From Acaryochloris marina S15 (GTDB lineage: Bacteria; Cyanobacteriota; Cyanobacteriia; Thermosynechococcales; Thermosynechococcaceae), in the NCBI RefSeq assembly GCF_018336915.1, contig NZ_CP064923.1:1770001-1802000 (forward strand): 32,000 nt of DNA, read 5' to 3'. Both the position numbers and the translations under genes were made by a program. Positions 18,410-25,854 of this stretch are shown in pieces; position 1 is the first letter of the stretch; every line of letters starts with the position of its first letter. The notes beneath the pieces are model-generated. The model was not told where the DNA came from, ran no database searches, and saw nothing but the letters and a program-made list of their open reading frames with translations.

Positions 18410-18736
18410 CTATGGAAGGGTGCGAATTTCTTCCTTTAAAGGCCACCGCTGCAACTTGCTGAAATCCGCTTTCCACATATCAAGCTCAAACAGCGCTCCA
18501 TGCTGGTCGAGATTCAAGGTAGCTGAAACCAATGTACCGTCCGAGTCCTCGAAATAACATTGGGCGACCGTCTCACCGAGCCGTCGATCAATCCTGTCTA
18601 GATTCTCGAACAGCAGACTGCCCATCTCGCCATCGTTCATAGATTTGAGACGAAGGCTACATGGGATTTGTTTAAGTCCTGCCATAGTAAACAAATACTC
18701 AAGAATAGGAAGCTCTAACTCCGTTGGTGGCCTCAT
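18410..18736 (-). CDS. Hypothetical protein (108 aa from MRPPTELE; possibly DUF6984-like, from memory only)
   Basis: Track ORF 18410-18829. The Met at 18736 avoids overlap with the upstream methyltransferase stop at 18765. Confidence 0.5.
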   Translation of the reverse strand: MRPPTELELPILEYLFTMAGLKQIPCSLRLKSMNDGEMGSLLFENLDRIDRRLGETVAQCYFEDSDGTLVSATLNLDQHGALFELDMWKADFSKLQRWPLKEEIRTLP

Positions 18737-18764
18737 GGTGTAAAAACTGGCTAAGGAGACTCTA

Positions 18765-19514
18765 TCAACGCTTGCTCGCAATATAGAAGCCGTAGCTGAA
18801 GTACGCTTTGAACTTTTCAAACACTTCAATTTCTTTCATCTCAGCCTCTACTAGGGTTTGAGCAACATCGCTGTTGGCATGGCAACTGAGAAACGCGTCG
18901 AATCTTCTTTGCAGCGGATGGTAGTAGTTGTCCAACCAACAGTGCTCTGGCAGTACAAAGTAACCCAATGGAGCGTATCCCGCTTCTTCCAGAAGCTTAA
19001 TTTTTGCCGAAGCAGTATCTATCTCAGGATACTGAGCCTCCCAATAAGATTGAATTTCATCGGGGCGGCGGTCTGTCAGCCAAGTGATTTCTGATACGGC
19101 TAGTACCCCTTTGGGTTTCAAAAACGGTCGCCAATCGTTGATGCCTTGCTCAAAACCGATATTGTAAATAGCCCCTTCCGACCAGATGACGTCTAGTTCA
19201 TTGTGTGCAAAAGCCAGATCATCCATTGATCCGACATGGGGGTGAATATGCTGGCTAAGATTGCTTGCTGCCGCGTTCCGTCGCAATATCTCAATAAACT
19301 CAGGTATAAAGTCTACTGCAATGATGTCTGCATTTAGCTTGTTCGCTAAACACAATGTAGATGCTCCAGTCCCACAACCCAAATCCGCAATTTTCAAGTG
19401 TCGTGACTTGTCGAGAGCTGCCAGAGTAATGGCACGTTCTGTTTCGAGCTTGCCTCCAGGCCCTTGACGGTCACCATGCTGATGCAGATCGATTAAAAGT
19501 TCTAGATTTTCCAC
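18765..19514 (-). CDS. Class I SAM-dependent methyltransferase
   Basis: 249 aa. Motif I is IADLGCGTGASTL, followed by a methyltransferase-11/25-like core. GTG start. Confidence 0.85.
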   Translation of the reverse strand: MENLELLIDLHQHGDRQGPGGKLETERAITLAALDKSRHLKIADLGCGTGASTLCLANKLNADIIAVDFIPEFIEILRRNAAASNLSQHIHPHVGSMDDLAFAHNELDVIWSEGAIYNIGFEQGINDWRPFLKPKGVLAVSEITWLTDRRPDEIQSYWEAQYPEIDTASAKIKLLEEAGYAPLGYFVLPEHCWLDNYYHPLQRRFDAFLSCHANSDVAQTLVEAEMKEIEVFEKFKAYFSYGFYIASKR

Positions 19515-19675
19515 CGGATAGTCCTGAGTACTTCAGTCGTAGCTCTTGTGCCCATGGGCTTAGTGGCGTGGCAAGGGCACCAAAGCAGTGCTGAGATGAT
19601 ATCTATCCTGGTTAGGGGATAAGCGGTGATGTCTTGCATACAGCACTCAAAATAGTAGTGAAACGTGCTGAGAGG

Positions 19676-20227
19676 TTAGCTGATGATACTTCTCAACGTG
19701 ATGCTTATACGGGGACCTGCCTCCGCTTCTTTAAGGATCCCATGAAGCCAATCGAGTTGGACTGCATTAGACATGTATAGCAAATCACCGCTCTCTAAGC
19801 TGTAACTGTATTGGACTTCTCGATCTGTCTTGAGTTTATAAGTAATGGTTCTAGTAGCTCCAACAGAAAGAGTTGCCACGCCAGTGCCTGGAGCTAGTTC
19901 CTCTGCCGTATCAGAGTGAAATCCCATGGATGAGCTACCATCTGCATAAAAGTTAAGTAAACAGTTATTTGGGGTAAACCCTCGCGACTCTAAAACAGCA
20001 GCGCACAATGGAATTAGCTCAGGGTGCATTTTGGTTTCTGGATACGTGATTTGTGAGTAGTTATAGGCGACTCCAAAGCTTGCTGTCTTCCGAGCTTTTA
20101 TGCGTTCATCCCACACCACTGTGGAGCAAAGCTTGAAAAATAGATCTTTATGACTGGGCCAGAAGGCTTTTCGCAAATCTATATCTGGAGGGGTAAGACT
20201 CATATTTCTTTGAAAGCATTGACCCAA
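19676..20227 (-). CDS. alkB: AlkB-like Fe(II)/2-oxoglutarate dioxygenase
   Basis: MGFHSD (HxD), WLHGI (distal His) and RISITLR (2OG-binding Arg) in AlkB order. The start may instead be MSLTPP at 20203. Confidence 0.8.
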   Translation of the reverse strand: MGQCFQRNMSLTPPDIDLRKAFWPSHKDLFFKLCSTVVWDERIKARKTASFGVAYNYSQITYPETKMHPELIPLCAAVLESRGFTPNNCLLNFYADGSSSMGFHSDTAEELAPGTGVATLSVGATRTITYKLKTDREVQYSYSLESGDLLYMSNAVQLDWLHGILKEAEAGPRISITLRSIIS

Positions 20228-20328
20228 TAATAAGGTTGGACCTCTTTCAAGGTCTTAACATCCCGCTGGGTGGCATCGTCAGTTGTGGGAACTGCAACTT
20301 CTACATCTTGTCCCCCATGAAACTGTTG

Positions 20329-20547
20329 TTAAATTATTGATGGATTGTTTGTGGTGTACATGACCACATCTGGGAAATTGACTGATTTGATTCCGAAAAC
20401 CACAAAGCCACATTCAGTGTAACCGTCATTGAAAACTGAAAAATGCAAATTACAGTCGCGTGCACGACTACCTATGACAAAGTAGTCTTCGGGTAGGATG
20501 AATCGCTTGAATAGTTCTGCTGCGAAGAGAGTCCTGCGCCAGTAGGG
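20329..20547 (-). pseudogene. Start-less open frame, probably a relic fragment
   Basis: My translation gives 72 codons with no start codon: PYWRRTLFAAELFKRFILPEDYFVIGSRARDCNLHFSVFNDGYTECGFVVFGIKSVNFPDVVMYTTNNPSII. It overlaps the 3' end of the neighbouring ORF in another frame. Confidence 0.3.
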
Positions 20548-20963
20548 TCAAGGCTCAGATCGAATCGCAGGTCGCTTACTTGTTCAATGGCGATATCGCA
20601 CAAAGGCACTTCGTCGATGTCGTATTCTTGCGTTGCTGGAGTCACACATTCAGCGTCCCATGCGTAAAGGAGAATCGGTTCTCGTCCCTTGGATTGGGGT
20701 TTCCAGTCATTCGCTAAGCCGTAACGAATGATCTTAGTGACATCGCGTGGCGTGAGTGAACGTCCCTGACGGTGAAATGCCCAGTTCCCATCCACCTCCC
20801 GTCTGAACTAGTCATGTGGCTCAAACAATGCTTGGAAGGTTTGCCCAGGCTTATCCTCCGCTTCGATGGTCAGATACAGCACGTGCTGAAGCATAGAGAC
20901 CATCCAGCGATACTGAGTATAGTCAACAGTAATCGAACGACTTTTCTTCTTTGGCAGTGCCAT
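20472..20963 (-). pseudogene. Hypothetical gene interrupted by an in-frame TAG
   Basis: ATG at 20963 gives MALPKKKSRSITVDYTQYRWMVSMLQHVLYLTIEAEDKPGQTFQALFEPHD, then TAG (20808-20810). The same frame continues as FRREVDGNWAFHRQG..., which is the 107-aa track ORF. Confidence 0.6.
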
Positions 20964-20973
20964 CGAATGCCTT

Positions 20974-21034
20974 TGCTAGCAATTACGCTCAAGTGCGCGA
21001 CGAGTCCACATTATCTTGCAGCGATTGGTTAGGT
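20974..21034 (-). other. attC-like element (61 nt) with a degenerate core site, after the 122-aa ORF
   Basis: Gene strand reads ACCTAAC-CAAT-CGCT(G)CAAG-[21 nt]-CTTGAGCG-TAATT-GCTAGCA. That is an inverse-core consensus overlapping the stop codon, then 4- and 5-nt spacers around an 8-bp stem with one bulged G. The final heptamer matches GTTRRRY poorly. Confidence 0.3.
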
Positions 21035-21391
21035 ATCAGTATCAGATGCATCATCATAAACTTCTAAAATCTCCAAACTCAAATCTATGACATCTTCATG
21101 ATAGTCATAACGAAACCAGCGTCTGAATAAGCTTGGAGTAATGTCCTCTGGCCAATTCGCTCCATTGTGGATGAATCGGCCAACTTCGTTTTTGAAAATT
21201 TCCAGGAAATACTTTTCGAAACAATTGCCCCAGCAGTTTTGATCTTCCATCTCAACTAAGTACACATTTGGATGATGGTTTAATTCGGCTAGAGTCCACC
21301 GATGCAAGTTTGGATGAGTATCTTTTACCCACTCTAGAAATGCTTCAGTGCCAAAAACTGTAATCGCACTTCTGTTAAAGGATTTCACCAC
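21029..21391 (-). CDS. Hypothetical protein (about 120 aa, native GTG start); the track ORF to 21466 is an IS-derived 5' extension
   Basis: After removing IS982 and one duplication copy in silico, an in-frame TGA lies 3 codons upstream of GTG GTG (21391/21388). The ATG at 21466 lies inside the IS. Confidence 0.5.
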   Translation of the reverse strand: MVKSFNRSAITVFGTEAFLEWVKDTHPNLHRWTLAELNHHPNVYLVEMEDQNCWGNCFEKYFLEIFKNEVGRFIHNGANWPEDITPSLFRRWFRYDYHEDVIDLSLEILEVYDDASDTDT

Positions 21392-21403
21392 GATACCTAA
21401 CTT

Positions 21404-22369
21404 ACCTGAGTTCGGGATAAGTAAAGGACTAACTGTAGTCTGAAAGATCAGCAATCCTTTCACCACAAGTTAGTCCTGTGGATAGTTTAGAAGCTCTGTT
21501 CTGTGCGGTCGATGATTTCTGCCAAATCTTTGAACCCCTATGGACTCAGCAATTGTTGAACGATGGCACCAAACGTCGTTGTCGCCAGCCTCGTCTGAGT
21601 TTAAGTGAACGAATGACGATTCTGATTGCCTTTCATCAATCTCATTACCGAAACTTCAAAGCCTACTATCTGCAAACCGTGACCCAACAGTGGTCAGAAG
21701 CCTTTCCCCATCTATTGAGCTATCAACGATTTGTCGAGTGGATACCGTCAACCTTGATTTCTTTGAGTGTATATCTGCATAGTTGCTTCGGCTCTTGCAC
21801 AGGTGTTTCCATCCTGGATGCGACGAAGATAGCCGTCTGCCATAATCGTCGGATTCCCCGTCATCGCGTTTTCAAAGACATGGCAGCTCGGGGCAAGACA
21901 TCCATGGGTTGGTTTTATGGCTTCAAGTTACATCTGGTCGTCAATGACCAAGGTGAACTGCTCAACATTGCCCTCACTCCCGGCAACACAGATGACCGAG
22001 TTCCGGTGCCGAACTTACTGAAACCTTTATTTGGGAGAGTCATTGCAGATCGTGGCTATGTCTCTCAACCGTTGTTTGAGCACTTACTCCATGAAATGGG
22101 GATTCGGCTCATTATTCCCCCTCGACGAAATATGAAGAATCGGCTCATGCCCTTGATGGATAAAATCTTGACTCGCAAGCGTTCCATTGTGGAGACAATT
22201 ATTGATCAGTTCAAGAATATCTCTCAAATTGAACATTCCAGACATCGTAGTCCTGTCAACTTCTTTGTCAATGTCGTCTGTGGACTGATTGCTTATTGCC
22301 ACCAACCCAAGTAGCCTTCTCTCTCCATTGATGAATATTTACTCCCAGCCGCTTAACCCGAACTCAGGT
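21404..22369 (+). mobile_element. IS982-family insertion sequence (966 bp)
   Basis: Inverted repeats ACCTGAGTTCGGGATAAG (21404-21421) and CTTAACCCGAACTCAGGT (22352-22369) match at 17 of 18 positions. Flanked by the 6-bp duplication TAACTT (21398-21403 and 22370-22375). Confidence 0.85.
21478..22314 (+). CDS. IS982-family transposase, ending at a probable premature TAG
   Basis: ARGKTSMGWFYGFKLHLVVNDQGELL...GNTDDR...ADRGYVS...IVETIIDQFKNISQIEHSRHRS is IS982-type. After the TAG at 22312 the frame continues PSLSIDEYLLPAA to a TAA (22354-22356) that abuts the right inverted repeat. Confidence 0.85.
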   Translation: MDSLEALFCAVDDFCQIFEPLWTQQLLNDGTKRRCRQPRLSLSERMTILIAFHQSHYRNFKAYYLQTVTQQWSEAFPHLLSYQRFVEWIPSTLISLSVYLHSCFGSCTGVSILDATKIAVCHNRRIPRHRVFKDMAARGKTSMGWFYGFKLHLVVNDQGELLNIALTPGNTDDRVPVPNLLKPLFGRVIADRGYVSQPLFEHLLHEMGIRLIIPPRRNMKNRLMPLMDKILTRKRSIVETIIDQFKNISQIEHSRHRSPVNFFVNVVCGLIAYCHQPK

Positions 22370-22375
22370 TAACTT

Positions 22376-22455
22376 TCAAACCTGAGTAGCGTGCTGGGAT
22401 TTTAAAGAAGTGATTGAAGCGCGGCAATCGCTTCCACTTCAGTGCTGGGTTAGGC
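22376..22455 (-). other. attC-like interval upstream of the 122-aa ORF; its core site is split by IS982
   Basis: The gene strand begins GCCTAAC (22455-22449). After IS removal, GTTAGGT follows 75 nt later (GTTA from the duplication plus GGT at 21397-21395). The interior contains the stem GAAGTGGAAGCG / CGCTTC(AAT)CACTTC. Confidence 0.3.
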
Positions 22456-22552
22456 AATGCTAGATCAACGGGTGTTTTTGGCCCAGAATACTAGGGTAAG
22501 GATTCATCCAACGTTGAACTTTAAGTAAAGTATTTAATCTGGAATCTAATGG

Positions 22553-22912
22553 TTACAAAACTTGAGGAATATCAACCTCTTCAGATTCATCGTCAATAAT
22601 GACGAAAAATCTATCAGGATCAGTATTTTCCCATCCAAAGCTTACAGAAACAACCCAACGCCCTCCATCACGTTCGTTGTAGTCAAAATGTACATGATCC
22701 GAATTAAGCTTACCTACCTGCTTACCATAGAGATCATAGAGATGTTTTTCAGTTATCTCAATAGCTTTATTGGCATTCAAATTTGCTTTTTTTAATGCAT
22801 CCTTACGAATTTCCCTCTTGTAGCACTTACCACAATAGCCGCAATTATAATCGTAGGTTGACTGGAGAATCTCAACATTACAATCGATGCAAAGAGTCTT
22901 CGGTGATGACAT
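22553..22912 (-). CDS. Hypothetical protein with an N-terminal Cys4 zinc-ribbon-like motif
   Basis: 119 aa. CIDC...16 aa...CGYCGKC, then an acidic C-terminal domain. No family recognised. Confidence 0.5.
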   Translation of the reverse strand: MSSPKTLCIDCNVEILQSTYDYNCGYCGKCYKREIRKDALKKANLNANKAIEITEKHLYDLYGKQVGKLNSDHVHFDYNERDGGRWVVSVSFGWENTDPDRFFVIIDDESEEVDIPQVL

Positions 22913-23003
22913 AAATTCTCCCTAGTCCGAGCAACTGTCTAACATTGGTGAGTAGTCCGTGTCAGTTGTCTCCAGAGCTTTGTCAGGTGTTTTGATCATT
23001 TGG

Positions 23004-23207
23004 CTAATGTATCCGAATCATGAGTTCATAATAACTAATTTTATTTTCGTATAGCCATTTTTCTATAGAGTCAAATGATGCTGGATCATTAACTCTACAT
23101 GAATTAAAAATGATAAATTCGTAGCCATTGTCTGCTAGATAACAAGTGCGATGGGCCTCTTGGAAACCCAAAAGGTAACCATTGTAGGTGTGACCAATAA
23201 TATTCAT
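23004..23207 (-). CDS. Hypothetical small protein (67 aa)
   Basis: Present in the ORF track only. AT-rich; stops lie close upstream. Confidence 0.35.
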   Translation of the reverse strand: MNIIGHTYNGYLLGFQEAHRTCYLADNGYEFIIFNSCRVNDPASFDSIEKWLYENKISYYELMIRIH

Positions 23208-23579
23208 TTCAGCATTAATGGTGTTGTCTTTAGTGGAAAAAAACGTCTAATCCATTCATGCTTTTGCAAGATCAGATGCTTGGAATCCAGTCTGATATTT
23301 CTCCTTACTATGATCAGAAAGCTAATTTCCTCCTAACATGAAGCCTGTTGATAGCTCCTTGAACTCTAAACAGTCGGTCTGTTCAAATATGAGTATTTCT
23401 GACTGTAACTGAATCCAAAGTGGTTAAAAGACTTGGTGATATTGTTCAGAGCAGAGCTTCTCAGCAATGTATAGGGTTAACCTATATTGAGAGGGTTACC
23501 AATTGCTCAGTTTATAGCCCGTCCTTATTCATCACTCAAGTTAGATAAACCAACCGTATCTATTTTTGACATCAACCCT

Positions 23580-23972
23580 ATGTTTGGCAGTTTTCAAACC
23601 AGTAAGCTCAGAATTGAAATTAATGCCTCAGAGGCAGCCTTGCGAGATGCCTTAACCCAAGGGGCACAAATTAAGCAGTGGCTATGGCCCCAGACCTTTT
23701 CAAATGATTTGCCAACAACCTTTAAACCAGGAGCTGTCTTTACTAGCTGGCTTGGCCCTGTTGAAATCCAGCACCATATCGATGTAGTGGATAGCAACAC
23801 CCTGCGTTTGATCTTGAGCAAAGGGGTAGATGGTTTTCAAGAATGGTCTTGGGGCGAAAAGTGGGTGCAGTCTCGCCTGGAAGGTGTTTCCTTATTGCCT
23901 CTCAATGCCGGTCAGAGCTTGACACTTTTGCGGCTAAAAGCTTTCTTAGAATGGCAGCAATCTGGCCTCTAA
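23580..23972 (+). CDS. Hypothetical protein (130 aa from MFGSFQ)
   Basis: The track ORF starts at a TTG (23487). The first ATG at 23580 is preferred. Its end overlaps the convergent usp gene by 4 nt. Confidence 0.5.
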   Translation: MFGSFQTSKLRIEINASEAALRDALTQGAQIKQWLWPQTFSNDLPTTFKPGAVFTSWLGPVEIQHHIDVVDSNTLRLILSKGVDGFQEWSWGEKWVQSRLEGVSLLPLNAGQSLTLLRLKAFLEWQQSGL

Positions 23973-24385
23973 CGCACCACCATCACTGAGCAGGAGGCAT
24001 CACTGACGACTTGACTACTGACGGATCGTTGGAGAATGCGAGTGACTCCCGTTAGCCCCCGACTGCCAATGAGAATTAAATCGGCTTCATAGATATTGGC
24101 AACCCGAATAATTTCTTCGGCTGGGTCACCCGTTACGATTTCTAAGCGACTGTCGCAGGGTAACGATGCTTTATAGGTTTGTAGTTCTTCTTCGATCTGC
24201 CGAAATACGCCTTGTGGATCGGAGTAAGGACGATCTGCAGGCTGTTCTTCGCCTGTTTCGTTGGTAGAAATTACGTGAGTGAGAATCACTTTCCCCACAG
24301 CATCCAGCTGCATACTCTTGAGGGCCTGCATAACCCGTTCAGAAATTTCAGGGCTATTCAAGGCGACCAGGATGGTATTGAACAC
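23969..24385 (-). CDS. Universal stress protein (UspA family)
   Basis: 138 aa. ILVAL near the N-terminus and LILIGSRGLTGVTRILQRSVSSQVVSDASCSVMVV at the C-terminus are typical Usp ATP-binding-region motifs. Confidence 0.85.
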   Translation of the reverse strand: MFNTILVALNSPEISERVMQALKSMQLDAVGKVILTHVISTNETGEEQPADRPYSDPQGVFRQIEEELQTYKASLPCDSRLEIVTGDPAEEIIRVANIYEADLILIGSRGLTGVTRILQRSVSSQVVSDASCSVMVVR

Positions 24386-24523
24386 TCAACGTCACTCCTG
24401 TTGAACCAACGATTCCGATTTCTGAGATTAGTTATCCCACCCAATAGACTTGCATTGTCTCGACGTCTTCAGGTTCTATTAACTACAATTCTTAATTTTG
24501 GCTAGAGAAGTAGACTGTTAAGT

Positions 24524-25162
24524 ATGCTTTCTCCAGATTCCAAGCCCCGCTGCTTACTCCACATGGATGTGAGTGCCCGCATCCAAGGCTCTTACTCTCG
24601 CCAGCTTACTCAGGCCTTTGTCAGCCAATGGCAACAAGCCAATCCCAATCACCAAATTATTTATCGCGATATTGGCAGCTCTCCTATTCCGCATATTGAT
24701 CAGACTTGGGTTGCAGCTTATGAGTCTGAACCAGAAGAACGAACTGCGGAGATGCAAGGTGCGATCGCACTTTCCGATACCCTCATCGATGAGCTATTCG
24801 CGGCAGACTGCTATGTGGTGGGTATGCCTATGTATAACCTAACGGTGCCGTCTAGTTTTAAAGCGTATCTGGATCAGGTATTTAGACGCGATCGCACCAT
24901 GCAAATCGTCAATGGAACCCCCCAAGGACGACTAGTAGACAAAAAGCTATTGGTGATCACCACTCGAAAATATAATTACCGAGTGGGTTCAGGACGGGAA
25001 GATCGAGATTTCCTAGAACCGTATATCAGCGCCATTTTTAAGGTTTTGGGGCTGACTGATATTTCGTATATTCATGCTGACCAGCTATCGTTAGAACTTG
25101 AACGAAAGCAATCTCTGGCGAATACGACCAAAGCGATTCACCACCTGGCCTTGACCTTTTAA
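24524..25162 (+). CDS. azoR: FMN-dependent NADH-azoreductase / flavodoxin-like-fold quinone reductase
   Basis: 212 aa. SYSRQLTQAFVSQWQQANPNHQIIYRDIGSSPIPHID parallels the AzoR N-terminus. Confidence 0.75.
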   Translation: MLSPDSKPRCLLHMDVSARIQGSYSRQLTQAFVSQWQQANPNHQIIYRDIGSSPIPHIDQTWVAAYESEPEERTAEMQGAIALSDTLIDELFAADCYVVGMPMYNLTVPSSFKAYLDQVFRRDRTMQIVNGTPQGRLVDKKLLVITTRKYNYRVGSGREDRDFLEPYISAIFKVLGLTDISYIHADQLSLELERKQSLANTTKAIHHLALTF

Positions 25163-25175
25163 TCGCTATCCAACA

Positions 25176-25209
25176 TTAAGGCTGGAAAGTATCTACTTTC
25201 CAGCCTTAA
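25176..25209. terminator. Bidirectional hairpin between convergent genes
   Basis: TTAAGGCTGGAAAGT-ATCT-ACTTTCCAGCCTTAA is a perfect 15-bp stem, 14 nt after the azoR-like stop. Confidence 0.7.
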
Positions 25210-25287
25210 TGATCTTTGGGATTCCAGTAAGTTGTACCCATCACCCTGCCAGCACAATCGTGCAACAGACTGAATGGGGCGGTTTGA

Positions 25288-25650
25288 TCAATCGTCTTGT
25301 TGCTCAAGAATGCCTGCAAATTGCTCTTTCACACCTTCCAACAGATTGGGTTGGTCGCCATCAACCTGTGGCAAAAGACCTGCCAGTTGTTTCGACTCTT
25401 CCAACGCCATAAACATAACGACTAGTTTTTCTTGGGTTTTCTGCACTGCCTCCGCTAACTGCTCTCGATTTTCCGCAATATTGTCGATTTGGTGGGTCAA
25501 TGACGAAATTTGATCTTGGGTTTCTTCTAGTTCTTTCTCCGTATCTTGCTGTTTAACAATTGAACGAGACTGTAAAAAAATGATGAGAATAATAGCTGCT
25601 ATGAAAGCGAGGAACAGAAAGTCTGGAGCCATGGTATCGTTCGCAGTCAT
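25288..25650 (-). CDS. Membrane-anchored coiled-coil hypothetical protein
   Basis: 120 aa with one N-terminal TM segment (FLFLAFIAAIILIIFL), then E/Q-rich heptad-like sequence. Confidence 0.55.
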   Translation of the reverse strand: MTANDTMAPDFLFLAFIAAIILIIFLQSRSIVKQQDTEKELEETQDQISSLTHQIDNIAENREQLAEAVQKTQEKLVVMFMALEESKQLAGLLPQVDGDQPNLLEGVKEQFAGILEQQDD

Positions 25651-25795
25651 ATTAACCTTCCTTTTTTATAAGTAATGCACGCGCCTATTTATGGGTTACC
25701 ACTTTGTGGAATCAACTGTAAAGTGTTCGCATAGATCTATCTAATCGTCTGCCAATACTGAAAACAGAAAAAGTTTTCTGAATAATATACCGATC

Positions 25796-25824
25796 GAAAA
25801 AGGCCCCATGCCTAGCATGGGGCC
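25796..25824 (-). terminator. Rho-independent terminator of ftsH
   Basis: GGCCCCATG-loop-CATGGGGCC (25802-25824), followed on the minus strand by TTTTT. It begins 30 nt after the ftsH stop. Confidence 0.75.
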
Positions 25825-25854
25825 ACCCAAAGGAATGGTTTTTTCTATCTCAAC

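Noticed and set aside
20808-22314. Two in-frame TAG codons 1.5 kb apart (20808-20810 and 22312-22314) as evidence of amber read-through or recoding
   Set aside because: TAG terminates ordinary genes in this window, for example the cupin at 4638-4640 and the IS1 orfB. Both cases lie in visibly decaying accessory DNA, and no pyl-type genes are seen. Independent nonsense mutations are the simpler explanation.
22463-22519. A 57-nt interval GTTCAAC...GTTGATC (gene strand) after the 119-aa ORF as another attC site
   Set aside because: The outer heptamers pair, but I found no internal L-box-type stem, and the core deviates from GTTRRRY. It is probably just the CAACGTTG palindrome.
18410-23207. A complete integron
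   Set aside because: There is no tyrosine-recombinase (intI) gene or attI-type junction in the window. Only the cassette-like boundaries reported above are present.
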